A stretch of DNA of 64,000 bases from a virus. Taxonomy: Duplodnaviria > Heunggongvirae > Uroviricota > Caudoviricetes. The stretch spans positions 1-64,000 of IMG/VR virus record IMGVR_UViG_3300047444_000299; one strand, written 5' to 3'. The translations under genes and the position numbers were made by a program. Within the stretch, counting starts at the first letter, position 1; each line of letters opens with the position of its first letter. Positions 27,483-36,137 of this stretch are shown in pieces. Under the pieces are notes generated by a model. That model was not told the origin of the DNA. It did not search any database and saw nothing but the letters and a program-made list of their open reading frames with translations.

Positions 27483-27575
27483 ATTGATGGAATTGGGTAA
27501 ACCAGTCGATCAAGATCATATGGACCTGTTGGATTCGGCGTTGTTTCGACTCAACACAGGATTGGAAAGCTAGTA

Positions 27576-27851
27576 ATGACAACAAAGATTTTCGGCGCAA
27601 CTTGGTGTGCTAATTGCAAAACCGCAAAACAGTTTCTCGAAGCAAACGGCTATATCGTAAGCGAGCAACGTGAAACCTCTGCGCCATATGAAGCAAATCC
27701 GAAGTACGTTCGGTATGTGAATATCGATGAATTCCCGGACGAAGCCCAAGCGAACAACATCCGTTCACTCCCAACCCTGATTACCGAAGCCGGTGATCGT
27801 GTGATTGGCTCTGCGAAGATTAAAGAGTATGTCACTTCTCAAAGCAATTGA
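27576..27851 (+). CDS. glutaredoxin/NrdH-like redoxin
   Basis: KIFGATWCANCKTAKQFL thioredoxin-fold CxxC. Confidence 0.6.
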   Translation: MTTKIFGATWCANCKTAKQFLEANGYIVSEQRETSAPYEANPKYVRYVNIDEFPDEAQANNIRSLPTLITEAGDRVIGSAKIKEYVTSQSN

Positions 27852-28329
27852 TCGTGCTTACCGGGTATCCCAAGAGCGCAAATATGATCGTATCTACTGG
27901 TCCCTTGACCTGCATGGTACGGTTCTGCATGGGAACTACCAACAGAATACATATGAATGGATTTCGCCAGAGATTCCGGGCATCTTGAAACAGCTCTCAG
28001 AATTTAATGAAACCCATTTCATCCTCTGGAGTTCTCTACACCCGGAAGAAATTCCGAATGTATTGAAGTTTTTCAAGAATGCGGGTATCCATGTATTCGC
28101 AGTCAACAGCAACCCACTGGAAGGCAACACCCAGACTGGGAATTTTGATGCAAAGTTTTACACCTCCATCATCGTAGATGATAAAGCTGGGTTTGATCCT
28201 GCTGACTGGGATCATGTTTACCGGGCTACGCTTCATTACCGGGAACGATATGGGTTTGCCGATAGGTATCATCACCCACATCGATCCAACATCGAACCGT
28301 GGCCGCTTGGCTGTGCGCAATACAAATAA
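27805..28329 (+). CDS. HAD-like hydrolase with atypical motif I (DLHGT)
   Basis: IYWSLDLHGTVL, ILWSS, IVDDKAG resemble HAD motifs I/II/IV; start uncertain. Confidence 0.35.
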   Translation: MALRRLKSMSLLKAIDRAYRVSQERKYDRIYWSLDLHGTVLHGNYQQNTYEWISPEIPGILKQLSEFNETHFILWSSLHPEEIPNVLKFFKNAGIHVFAVNSNPLEGNTQTGNFDAKFYTSIIVDDKAGFDPADWDHVYRATLHYRERYGFADRYHHPHRSNIEPWPLGCAQYK

Positions 28330-28332
28330 TAA

Positions 28333-28357
28333 AAGGCCCGGTTTTCCGGGCTTTTTA
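28333..28357 (+). terminator. rho-independent terminator
   Basis: GCCCGG-TTTT-CCGGGC + TTTTT. Confidence 0.8.
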
Positions 28358-28403
28358 TTGCCTACAGATTCTATCGATACAAAATCTTTTTGTTTTGAAA
28401 GTG

Positions 28404-28432
28404 TTTAGAATAGGCGGAAACTGCGGTAGAAT
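28404..28432 (+). promoter_or_regulatory. sigma70-like promoter TTTAGA-N17-TAGAAT (near-leaderless)
   Basis: shares the GAAAGTGTTT...TAGAAT module with 37231-37266; ATG 8 nt after the -10. Confidence 0.5.
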
Positions 28433-28440
28433 GACACCAT

Positions 28441-28824
28441 ATGGCAGATACAGCCGACCACCAAAACAGAATTAGGAGCATTATGATGTATTCAACAAAT
28501 CAATTCAGTCGTGACCTCGCCATTGCTACCTATCGCGAATATCGTGATCCGAACGTCCGTCGTAACAAGGTCAATTCCTTGTACGAAAAGTTTGGTGTGT
28601 CCGAAGTTCTGTTTGATGGTCGAATTGTTGGTTGGAATATTGGTTCGAATCAATTTGTCTGCTTCAAGAAACGTTACGCCACCGAAGCTGATGCCAGACT
28701 GGTTACGTCTGTGGGTATGGTCAAATCAAGAGGCCGTCACGCCGCAACCAATGTTTATCACTGCAAAAACTGCGACGGTTGGCACGCGACCAGTAAAGGT
28801 CATATGGCCGGGAAGTATAAATGA
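28441..28824 (+). CDS. hypothetical protein
   Basis: 127 aa; C-terminal CKNCDGWH. Confidence 0.45.
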   Translation: MADTADHQNRIRSIMMYSTNQFSRDLAIATYREYRDPNVRRNKVNSLYEKFGVSEVLFDGRIVGWNIGSNQFVCFKKRYATEADARLVTSVGMVKSRGRHAATNVYHCKNCDGWHATSKGHMAGKYK

Positions 28825-29021
28825 TTCTCCACACAGAATTTGATACAAAGATTGAATGCAACCCTAGCCGTGCGGTAATGGAAGACTTTTCTGTTCGCAC
28901 CGGCCAAGCTGTAGAAGATTTGATGTTATGTGACGTTGATTCCATGTTTCACGATATCGCGGGTATTGTAGAACGCGAATTTGACTGGTCTGAGCGTATT
29001 ACTGATCGTATGGGAGAGTAA
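28821..29021 (+). CDS. hypothetical protein
   Basis: ATGA overlap; 66 aa. Confidence 0.4.
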   Translation: MILHTEFDTKIECNPSRAVMEDFSVRTGQAVEDLMLCDVDSMFHDIAGIVEREFDWSERITDRMGE

Positions 29022-29026
29022 GAAGT

Positions 29027-29224
29027 ATGTTTGATATTCTGGTTAAATCGGTTCGTATGGCTCTGGCTAACACCCCACACGGTCGTAAATTGCTGGCAAG
29101 TTGGAAAGACTCCCAGATCAAAGCGGAATTGAAAGACCCATGCTTCTTTGGTGCGAAGAATGCACTCAAGACAAAGGAACATGCTGTAAAGCATTTTGAG
29201 AAATTGGCGGATATGCGTAAATGA
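29027..29224 (+). CDS. hypothetical protein
   Basis: GGAGAG SD; 65 aa. Confidence 0.45.
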   Translation: MFDILVKSVRMALANTPHGRKLLASWKDSQIKAELKDPCFFGAKNALKTKEHAVKHFEKLADMRK

Positions 29225-29883
29225 CAGAATACAAGGATTACCTCGGAAGGCCACTCAAGGTGGGCGATTTCGTGGTAGCTGCCGGGAATCGCGGTTGGTT
29301 CGACAAAGGTGTGGTAGTCGGATATACCCCGACAATGGTTCGCACTAGCTGCGGCCTATACGGGGCTGGGCAATTGATGATTTCCACCGAACAGTTCCAC
29401 GCGTCTGGGCATTCGGAATGGATGCAACAGACCCATGACCAGTACAAAGACAAGCTCGACCCAAGCAAGCCGATTGAAAAGCCGAAACAAACTTGGAAGT
29501 ACCTGATTTCCATTGTGCAGGACCGAGACACCAAGGCTCGTTTCGGTGTTGTTATGAAACTGAATGGTAATTCCCAAGAGCTGTTCAATGATTCACGTCA
29601 AGTTTGGCTGAAAGATCGTAACTATTTCGACGGTGATAAGGCACATTACCTGAGAAAGATCCGTAACCCAGTTTGGTCGTACAGTAGCGGTAGTAAGATC
29701 CAACAATACATTGATGGGTTTGATACAAACTATAGCTGGTATAGCGGTAAGGGTGAAACCCTGTCCACTGTCAAAGTGCATGGTATGGAAACCCTGATCA
29801 ATAGCCCAATGCCAATTGATCAATTCATTACATCGTTCCCGAAATTTAATCTAGCCGAGCTACGTTCAAACGGTAAAATCTAA
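29221..29883 (+). CDS. hypothetical protein
   Basis: 220 aa. Confidence 0.5.
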   Translation: MTEYKDYLGRPLKVGDFVVAAGNRGWFDKGVVVGYTPTMVRTSCGLYGAGQLMISTEQFHASGHSEWMQQTHDQYKDKLDPSKPIEKPKQTWKYLISIVQDRDTKARFGVVMKLNGNSQELFNDSRQVWLKDRNYFDGDKAHYLRKIRNPVWSYSSGSKIQQYIDGFDTNYSWYSGKGETLSTVKVHGMETLINSPMPIDQFITSFPKFNLAELRSNGKI

Positions 29884-30521
29884 TGCCAAAGCGAATTCGA
29901 ACTAAGACTAAGCGGTACTGGTATTTTGTGACCCAAGATTTTATGGGTAACGAAATGGAATTGAAACCTCGCCTACCACATTCAGCCGGTGAAGACGAAC
30001 CGCGTGTTAAACGCATCTGTGTGGCTCCGACCGCTGGGCATTGTATGTCAGCGATCAATATATTCGGTAGCGATCCGGTGTTTGTGTATCGAACTACCCG
30101 CCAACTGAAAGCCGAAAAGGCGTGGGATGTTGGGGATTCTCCAATCACCCACGAACATTTCCTACGCCGTCCAAGCAAGTTCGAATTCGTCTCTGCGATT
30201 TCCCCTGAGTGGGTTAAGAAATGTCGCAGTCGTGGTGCATTTGATGACCGGGGATTCAAACCCGGCACCAATGGCTATAAAGAGCAGAGGCGCCAAAAGG
30301 AACAAGTGATCCGTGCGGTTGTCCAATTAGATCGGCGGTTAGGTATTATTGCTGAATCCAATGATCGATTCCATTACGAAGGTGAACAGAAGCTGTTGGG
30401 TGAGGTCTGGCCTGAGCAATCCCCGTGGAATGATATGAACACCCGTGGTTATGTTCTGGAAATGCTTGGGATTGCACAGCGAGCCGTCAAAGAGCCCATC
30501 GTGATTCCCTGCCTACCATAA
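29883..30521 (+). CDS. hypothetical protein
   Basis: 212 aa. Confidence 0.5.
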   Translation: MPKRIRTKTKRYWYFVTQDFMGNEMELKPRLPHSAGEDEPRVKRICVAPTAGHCMSAINIFGSDPVFVYRTTRQLKAEKAWDVGDSPITHEHFLRRPSKFEFVSAISPEWVKKCRSRGAFDDRGFKPGTNGYKEQRRQKEQVIRAVVQLDRRLGIIAESNDRFHYEGEQKLLGEVWPEQSPWNDMNTRGYVLEMLGIAQRAVKEPIVIPCLP

Positions 30522-30539
30522 CAAAATTTTCAAATTCTG

Positions 30540-30568
30540 TTTAGATTCATCGGAAACAGGTGTATCAT
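30540..30568 (+). promoter_or_regulatory. sigma70-like promoter TTTAGA-N17-TATCAT
   Basis: ctgTTTAGA pattern, inverted repeat CTGTTT/AAACAG in the spacer. Confidence 0.45.
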
Positions 30569-30650
30569 TAGCCTAACAACCCAGAACGACTAACGATAAT
30601 CTGGGTAAGGAATAATATCGAAATAAAAATCAAATTAACGGTGGAGTAGC

Positions 30651-30860
30651 ATGGGTACATATCTAAAGAGTTTGCATTACATCAATATGACGCTATCAAT
30701 GATGGGGATCATATTCAGCCTGTACATCATTGGGTGGGTTCCGGTAGAAAACAATTTCTTGATTGGAGCCTCATGTTTCTTCATGTTTCTGGGCTGCATG
30801 GTCGCAAGCACCCTCGGGTGGCTCAAGTCCATCGCCAAGAAGACCCCACCGGGAGTTTGA
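30651..30860 (+). CDS. small membrane protein (2 TM)
   Basis: GGTGGAG SD; hydrophobic helices. Confidence 0.5.
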   Translation: MGTYLKSLHYINMTLSMMGIIFSLYIIGWVPVENNFLIGASCFFMFLGCMVASTLGWLKSIAKKTPPGV

Positions 30861-30994
30861 TGTAATACCCCAGCAACGAGCTGTGGTGCGATTACAGACG
30901 TTTTTAAAACACTACCTATGCGATGGTATAGGTAATTTGATTAAAAGGCTTACAGAGGCTTACAGAGCCTCTTAGGCATTGTGAGATTTATAGC

Positions 30995-31387
30995 ATGTCG
31001 AATTTGATTCAAATCTCGGAGAAAATCCGCGACCACCTAACCAAACAGCGTAAGCAGTCCAAAACCCCATATGGCGGTATGATTACCCCTAACTGCGCAT
31101 ATCGCGGTGGTAATGGGTTGATGTGTGCAGTTGGATGTCTGATCAAAGATGAAGTCTATTCTGAAAATCTGGAATCGCTGACCGCCGATATGCCCGAAGT
31201 TGTCAACGCGATTCGCGATTCGCTTGGGGTTGAAATCACTTCGGATATGATCCAACTGTGCATGGATTGGCAATCGTATCATGATGATAGTCATAATGGG
31301 TTTCACTACGAAAATTGGACGGATGGTACTAGCGGCGAGTCCAGCCCAGAGCTGTTCCACATCCACATGATGGGTGTTCACGGCTAA
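30995..31387 (+). CDS. hypothetical protein
   Basis: 130 aa. Confidence 0.45.
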   Translation: MSNLIQISEKIRDHLTKQRKQSKTPYGGMITPNCAYRGGNGLMCAVGCLIKDEVYSENLESLTADMPEVVNAIRDSLGVEITSDMIQLCMDWQSYHDDSHNGFHYENWTDGTSGESSPELFHIHMMGVHG

Positions 31388-31587
31388 TGAAAATCCAGAT
31401 CGGCAACACTCAATGGGCAACGGTTTGTGATCGGTGTAACAGAACCATTCATACTGGGGTTTATGTTGCTGATCTGGATCTTTGCACCTATTGCATCAAT
31501 ATGGGGAATATCCGCAATGTCTTGGCTAAAGTGGCAGAACGGGCGACAAAACAGTGGGTACGACACACTCCGGCTTTTGCAAGGTAA
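31387..31587 (+). CDS. Zn-ribbon small protein
   Basis: CDRC...CTYC; ATGA overlap with upstream gene. Confidence 0.45.
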   Translation: MKIQIGNTQWATVCDRCNRTIHTGVYVADLDLCTYCINMGNIRNVLAKVAERATKQWVRHTPAFAR

Positions 31588-31858
31588 GAAATTCGATTTC
31601 TGGCTTCTGCGATTCCGTCAAGGTAGTTGTATTAAATGGCACGTCGATCCGGTTGAAACTGGTCTTCGCCATTTCCGATTGAACATCTTTGTCAAACCAG
31701 CCGAGATTGGTGGGGAATTCCAAACCACCGGTTCAATCATCAAGAACAGAATTTTCTGTCTGTTCCGCCCCGATATTCATCGACATTCCGTAACGCCTAT
31801 CATTAAAGGCACGCGTTACGTTTTATCATTTGGTTTTGTATTGAAAGAGAAAGTATGA
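31517..31858 (+). CDS. 2OG-Fe(II) oxygenase-like (PF13640-like HxD...H...R core); N-terminus unresolved
   Basis: WHVDP (HxD), GGEF, RHSV, RYVLSF pattern; overlaps the Zn-ribbon ORF in another frame (ORF extends to 31427). Confidence 0.4.
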   Translation: MSWLKWQNGRQNSGYDTLRLLQGKKFDFWLLRFRQGSCIKWHVDPVETGLRHFRLNIFVKPAEIGGEFQTTGSIIKNRIFCLFRPDIHRHSVTPIIKGTRYVLSFGFVLKEKV

Positions 31859-32349
31859 TTACAATTCGTAAAACAACACCTAGTAAGGCATGGCGTCTGA
31901 TTCGGCATAAACCTACCGGGGATATTCTGACCGATGAACACAACCTGTATCAACTAAACCACGAAGACCTCAAAAATAAGATGATTGCAACTCATGATGC
32001 AATCGCCAATGGTCAAACCGTTCCGATGTACAATTTCGGTCGGTACTGGCAGCAACCAAAGCCTAGCTCACTCGAAGAATTTGAACAATTGGATCATATT
32101 CCAGTGATGCGTGGTGATTTCGAGTTTGATGCAATCCACAACGGCACCAGTAGCATTCAGATTTACTTTAGATCCCGTGCCGGGACGCGGTACACCCTAA
32201 AAGGTGACCACGCCAACGATTTCTTCCAGCGTGTGGGTAAAAGCAAAATCCTGATGTCGCCGGATGGGTTTTACACGTTTAACTTCACATTTACAAAATC
32301 CAGCACGAAAGTCTTTCTATTACTTGAACCGGACAACGCCCATGTCTAA
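31855..32349 (+). CDS. hypothetical protein
   Basis: 164 aa. Confidence 0.45.
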   Translation: MITIRKTTPSKAWRLIRHKPTGDILTDEHNLYQLNHEDLKNKMIATHDAIANGQTVPMYNFGRYWQQPKPSSLEEFEQLDHIPVMRGDFEFDAIHNGTSSIQIYFRSRAGTRYTLKGDHANDFFQRVGKSKILMSPDGFYTFNFTFTKSSTKVFLLLEPDNAHV

Positions 32350-32554
32350 TCCTGTTCGATACGCCTATACAGGCAACGGGAAGAACAAGGGTGGCGTTTA
32401 CGAACTGGTGTTGGATGCGACGGAACATAACACCATCATTTGCGCCGGGATTCTGAAACATATTGAAGTCATTATGTATCGGGATATCGGTACACATCAA
32501 ATCTACCTGCGTGAGAAATCTGATTTCCATAGCAAAATGAAGATCCTTGTATGA
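32342..32554 (+). CDS. hypothetical protein
   Basis: 70 aa. Confidence 0.35.
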   Translation: MSNPVRYAYTGNGKNKGGVYELVLDATEHNTIICAGILKHIEVIMYRDIGTHQIYLREKSDFHSKMKILV

Positions 32555-33075
32555 ATTCAGTCACAACCGATAGCGGGCTAACCATTTATGAAACCCCTAC
32601 ATTCTACGAACGATCCGATTGGGAACATCTTATGCCATTCGGATTTGCGCCGGGTGGCTATATGTTTCGCTGCACCGGCTGCAAGGACAGTTGGAATGGC
32701 GTCGATAAGCGAGCGTCTTATTGTTTTGAATGTGCCACAAAGCGACATGCAGAATACAAAGTCGAAATCGAAACTTTCGATCCGCTTGTTGAAATCCAGA
32801 AAGTCGCCAGAATCGTCGGGAACACCAGAGAACACCAAAAAGATGTTCTGGCTAGCGCCCTCGAAGAACTGGGAGAGCTTTCCGTCGAGGTTCGAATCGC
32901 CCACGGCACCAAACCCGGACCTGCCGGGGTCGATGGTATCGTAGGTGAAGCGATTGATTTGATCCTTTGCGGCTTCGACATGATCCACACAGAGCTTGGT
33001 GTGCTTGACCCGGATGTTATCTATCCGATCATGAGAAAGAAGCTCGCCAAGTGGCAGCGAAAATATTCGAAATAA
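32551..33075 (+). CDS. Zn-ribbon + MazG-like NTP pyrophosphohydrolase fusion
   Basis: N-terminal CTGC...CFEC; C-terminal MazG-like EHQKDVLASALEELGELSVE. Confidence 0.5.
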   Translation: MNSVTTDSGLTIYETPTFYERSDWEHLMPFGFAPGGYMFRCTGCKDSWNGVDKRASYCFECATKRHAEYKVEIETFDPLVEIQKVARIVGNTREHQKDVLASALEELGELSVEVRIAHGTKPGPAGVDGIVGEAIDLILCGFDMIHTELGVLDPDVIYPIMRKKLAKWQRKYSK

Positions 33076-33080
33076 AATGC

Positions 33081-33108
33081 TTGCACCCGGAACAGAATCT
33101 GGTATTCT
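33081..33108 (+). promoter_or_regulatory. sigma70-like promoter TTGCAC-N16-TATTCT
   Basis: weak. Confidence 0.3.
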
Positions 33109-33134
33109 AGTCGAAATCAAACAGCAAGGAATGA

Positions 33135-33473
33135 ATGATGTCCTTTATCACTGTAACCCCGAAGTTCGATGCGTTTGTCAAATTCTGTTCCGAACAGGAT
33201 CCCGAAGCCAAGATCGATCATTTCACCTACGACACCTGCGCGATTGGTGAATTCACCCCAACGTACAATGAACTGTACCCGGATGACCTGAAAAGCCCTA
33301 CAGGTGTTGTCCATCAAATTATCGATGAACTGTCTGTGGTGAAACCTGAGTTGAGTGATAATTTCGGCAACAAGCTCGGCTACGCATTGGGTCGCCCTGA
33401 TATCGCCACCTACGGCGGTATGTCCCAGTGGTTACATCAATTCCAACATACCGTAATCGAGGCTGCACAATAA
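33135..33473 (+). CDS. hypothetical protein
   Basis: 112 aa; AAGGAA SD. Confidence 0.45.
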   Translation: MMSFITVTPKFDAFVKFCSEQDPEAKIDHFTYDTCAIGEFTPTYNELYPDDLKSPTGVVHQIIDELSVVKPELSDNFGNKLGYALGRPDIATYGGMSQWLHQFQHTVIEAAQ

Positions 33474-33664
33474 TGTGGGCTTTGGGTTACATCATCATGT
33501 GGCTTGTTGTCATCTGGTGTTTGTGTGCTGGGTTCATGTTGACATTCATCGGGAGTCAGTTCCAAAAGGAATTGGGTATCGTTGGGGTTATCATGATGAT
33601 CATCGGCGCGGTCGGTGGTTGGAAGCTGTACACCATGATCAATATTACGGTAGCGATTTCATGA
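33473..33664 (+). CDS. small membrane protein (2 TM)
   Basis: hydrophobic; ATG overlaps upstream stop. Confidence 0.4.
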   Translation: MWALGYIIMWLVVIWCLCAGFMLTFIGSQFQKELGIVGVIMMIIGAVGGWKLYTMINITVAIS

Positions 33665-34107
33665 AAAACGTAAAACTGAAAGATTTCCGCCAAGGAGTGA
33701 CCATGTATTACGTGATGGCGTTCCCGCTCGAAAATAAATGTGGTGATGCCAAGGTCGAGACGTATAGCATCAAATCCCGTGCGTATCTGAAACCGCTACG
33801 TGGTAAAGGTTTCATGCGTACCATTCTGGCGGGGTCGTTGTGGTTCAAAGAATCGCACCCTAGTAGTTTTTACACAGGCCGCAAACCATATGTTTCGGAA
33901 CATTCCATTCAAGATTCCGGTGTGGCGGTTGGGAAGACTAACTACAACTTCCATCGGATGTTCCATACCCGGAAACAAGCCCAGCGTTATGCAGATCGGA
34001 TGAACGCCGGTCGCCTGACTCACGAAGAACGTCTGCACGCTCTTGAAATGATTGACCGCGATCGTATGTTCGCAAGTTTTGACACATATTGGGATGATCG
34101 GTACTGA
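33661..34107 (+). CDS. hypothetical protein
   Basis: ATGA overlap; 148 aa. Confidence 0.45.
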   Translation: MKNVKLKDFRQGVTMYYVMAFPLENKCGDAKVETYSIKSRAYLKPLRGKGFMRTILAGSLWFKESHPSSFYTGRKPYVSEHSIQDSGVAVGKTNYNFHRMFHTRKQAQRYADRMNAGRLTHEERLHALEMIDRDRMFASFDTYWDDRY

Positions 34108-34403
34108 TGCACGTTCCATTTTCGATGAGTGACGAGCCGGATCTAGGCGACGAATTCAACGGGATGACCAGCTATGGTGCTGGGGATCGTGACACCAGTT
34201 GGCGGGATTACGAAGAAATTCGTATCCCACCAGAACCCAAACCTGAATTCGTATTCATGACAGAAATGGATTTAGTTCGATCTGATGTGTTCATGAAACA
34301 TATCCGAATGGCGCTGAAAGGCAAAGACCGGCAAATTCATGAACTCCGCGTGGAAAATCTCCAGTTGGCGGAAAGGCTCGGGTGGAAACAGATTGGTAAG
34401 TGA
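34107..34403 (+). CDS. hypothetical protein
   Basis: 98 aa. Confidence 0.4.
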   Translation: MHVPFSMSDEPDLGDEFNGMTSYGAGDRDTSWRDYEEIRIPPEPKPEFVFMTEMDLVRSDVFMKHIRMALKGKDRQIHELRVENLQLAERLGWKQIGK

Positions 34404-34677
34404 CGATTGCTGGGAATTCCAATTATTCGTAGAAGAACATTCGTTCGACGGTGGCATTGACATTTTCGAACGAATCGGTGATGCGTGTTGGAATGACGGC
34501 AAAGTGGATGGTGTTTCCATCAATAGCAGTTCGTCCTACGGGCCGGAAACTCCGGGTGGTGAATACTATGGTGATTTTGAAATAGGTGATGAAACTTTTA
34601 GCTTCCACCTTGAATCATCAAATAGACGCGGTGATGTAATGCACTCATGGGAACGGCATGTATACGACGAATCTTGA
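34393..34677 (+). CDS. hypothetical acidic protein
   Basis: TTG start with GGTGGA SD (ATG alternative at 34339). Confidence 0.3.
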   Translation: MVSDDCWEFQLFVEEHSFDGGIDIFERIGDACWNDGKVDGVSINSSSSYGPETPGGEYYGDFEIGDETFSFHLESSNRRGDVMHSWERHVYDES

Positions 34678-34858
34678 TCCAAGCCTTGAACAACAGCGGG
34701 ATATGTTCGCGAATGCGATCCAAGACGCTGTGACGCGGGCTGGTATTATCAGAAAAGACGCGGGTGAACTGTCTGGCCCGCAATTGCTTCAATTTCTCGG
34801 TGACCTGACAGACCACTACATCCAACTTTGTGAGAATCAGAATGAAACGTTGGCTTAA
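34658..34858 (+). CDS. hypothetical protein
   Basis: 66 aa. Confidence 0.35.
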   Translation: MYTTNLDPSLEQQRDMFANAIQDAVTRAGIIRKDAGELSGPQLLQFLGDLTDHYIQLCENQNETLA

Positions 34859-35063
34859 AAATTTGATGGAAGTTCCTCAGAATATGATGGAAATCGGGCC
34901 AACCGCTATGATTGACCTGAATGAAGTCTCTGCGGTCTACAAGGAATCGCTTGAGCTGGTCATTCGCATTGGTGGGATGGGCGTAATCAAGCTATCCAGT
35001 CGCCAATTGCATCAATCGGTTGATTACACCTACAATGCCATCGCGGAACGTCTGATCAAATGA
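34842..35063 (+). CDS. hypothetical protein
   Basis: 73 aa. Confidence 0.35.
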   Translation: MKRWLKNLMEVPQNMMEIGPTAMIDLNEVSAVYKESLELVIRIGGMGVIKLSSRQLHQSVDYTYNAIAERLIK

Positions 35064-35332
35064 CAGATATCGTTCGCACTATGTACGGTGAAACCGTGAT
35101 GGGAATGAAGGTCGCCGGGTATCGGTGGGAAACTCCAATCCCTATAGAGCTGCAAGGCTCCGAAACCATGCCGTCCTATGCTTCGCATTGGAGTACCGGC
35201 CCGAAGGATTCTGTTCGTTTGTTCACCGAACCGGATGTTCGAAACCTGATTGCCGAATTACTTGCAACAAGAAAGCTTGACTCGAAACAGATTGATCTTG
35301 TACAATCGATCCAAGTTAACCAACCTGAGTAA
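35060..35332 (+). CDS. hypothetical protein
   Basis: 90 aa. Confidence 0.4.
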   Translation: MTDIVRTMYGETVMGMKVAGYRWETPIPIELQGSETMPSYASHWSTGPKDSVRLFTEPDVRNLIAELLATRKLDSKQIDLVQSIQVNQPE

Positions 35333-35337
35333 ACAGA

Positions 35338-35748
35338 ATGAATATCAAGAAAACATCGTGGCATTTCAAGCTGGTCGCTTTCTTCAACGATAGCTACCCA
35401 TCCAGTAGCCTTTGCATCTATATCCGCCAACTGATCATCGCAATGGGTATGGCTCTGTTTCTGGCGGTGATTTGTGTAGCGGGACTTATTGTTTTCGTGG
35501 GTGCCCCTCTACAGGCAATCGCCGGGTGGTTCGGGTTGATTTCTATCACCAAAGGTGAGTTGATCGCTGGTGGTGTTGTCCTCGGTGTCTATCTGGCCGC
35601 TGGTGTGGTGTCCGGTGCTGTCTGGTCGTGGAAGCAATACCGCGCCCGGAACCCGTACAAAAAACCATTGCCGAAAGAACCGAACATTGTTATGGCGTAC
35701 ATCAAAGCCAAGAAAGAAATGTTCTGCCCGCAAATCAAATTTGTTTAA
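35338..35748 (+). CDS. membrane protein (3 TM)
   Basis: hydrophobic helices. Confidence 0.45.
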   Translation: MNIKKTSWHFKLVAFFNDSYPSSSLCIYIRQLIIAMGMALFLAVICVAGLIVFVGAPLQAIAGWFGLISITKGELIAGGVVLGVYLAAGVVSGAVWSWKQYRARNPYKKPLPKEPNIVMAYIKAKKEMFCPQIKFV

Positions 35749-35757
35749 GGAAGTAGC

Positions 35758-35952
35758 ATGAGTACCATTTTTAAAAATGATGAAGGTAAGGTTGTCTGGG
35801 AACACCATGAAACCTTTACCCCACAAATCGGAACCCAATTCGAAGCAGATTATGTTTTGTATAAGGTTAAATCCGTGAAGCTGCAAGTCGTATCGCAAGG
35901 GCAGGGTGCCGCCGTCGTCCAAGCTCTTACCTCATTTGTCGAGCTGGAATAA
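35758..35952 (+). CDS. hypothetical protein
   Basis: AGGAAG SD; 64 aa. Confidence 0.4.
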   Translation: MSTIFKNDEGKVVWEHHETFTPQIGTQFEADYVLYKVKSVKLQVVSQGQGAAVVQALTSFVELE

Positions 35953-36137
35953 TGAAACTTACCGGGAATTGCCGCTATCGCAGTACATTTTTCGGTAAAT
36001 TGGTTCTTCAAGTCGAATATTCTCGCGAATACTCCACCTGTGGCGGTATGGATTCTGAAACCGCCTTGGAATGGCGTGACGCGAAGCTCCAAGACTTGAA
36101 TATCATCCAACCTGTTGAAGTGAGACGTGATGCCTGA
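35952..36137 (+). CDS. hypothetical protein
   Basis: 61 aa. Confidence 0.35.
   Translation: MKLTGNCRYRSTFFGKLVLQVEYSREYSTCGGMDSETALEWRDAKLQDLNIIQPVEVRRDA

Noticed and set aside
27805-28329. Canonical HAD phosphatase call
   Set aside because: Motif I is DLHGT (the second Asp is replaced by His), so catalytic competence is uncertain. Reported only as HAD-like at low confidence.
28388-28403. TTGAAA as a -35 element for the 28441 gene
   Set aside because: Spacing to either TAGAAT is wrong (5 or 26 nt). The TTTAGA-N17-TAGAAT reading matches the genome-wide pattern.
30763-30975. 70-aa + strand ORF overlapping 30651..30860
   Set aside because: It is in a different frame overlapping a well-formed membrane ORF, has no SD, and is Pro/Ser/Arg-rich, which is typical of an off-frame ORF.
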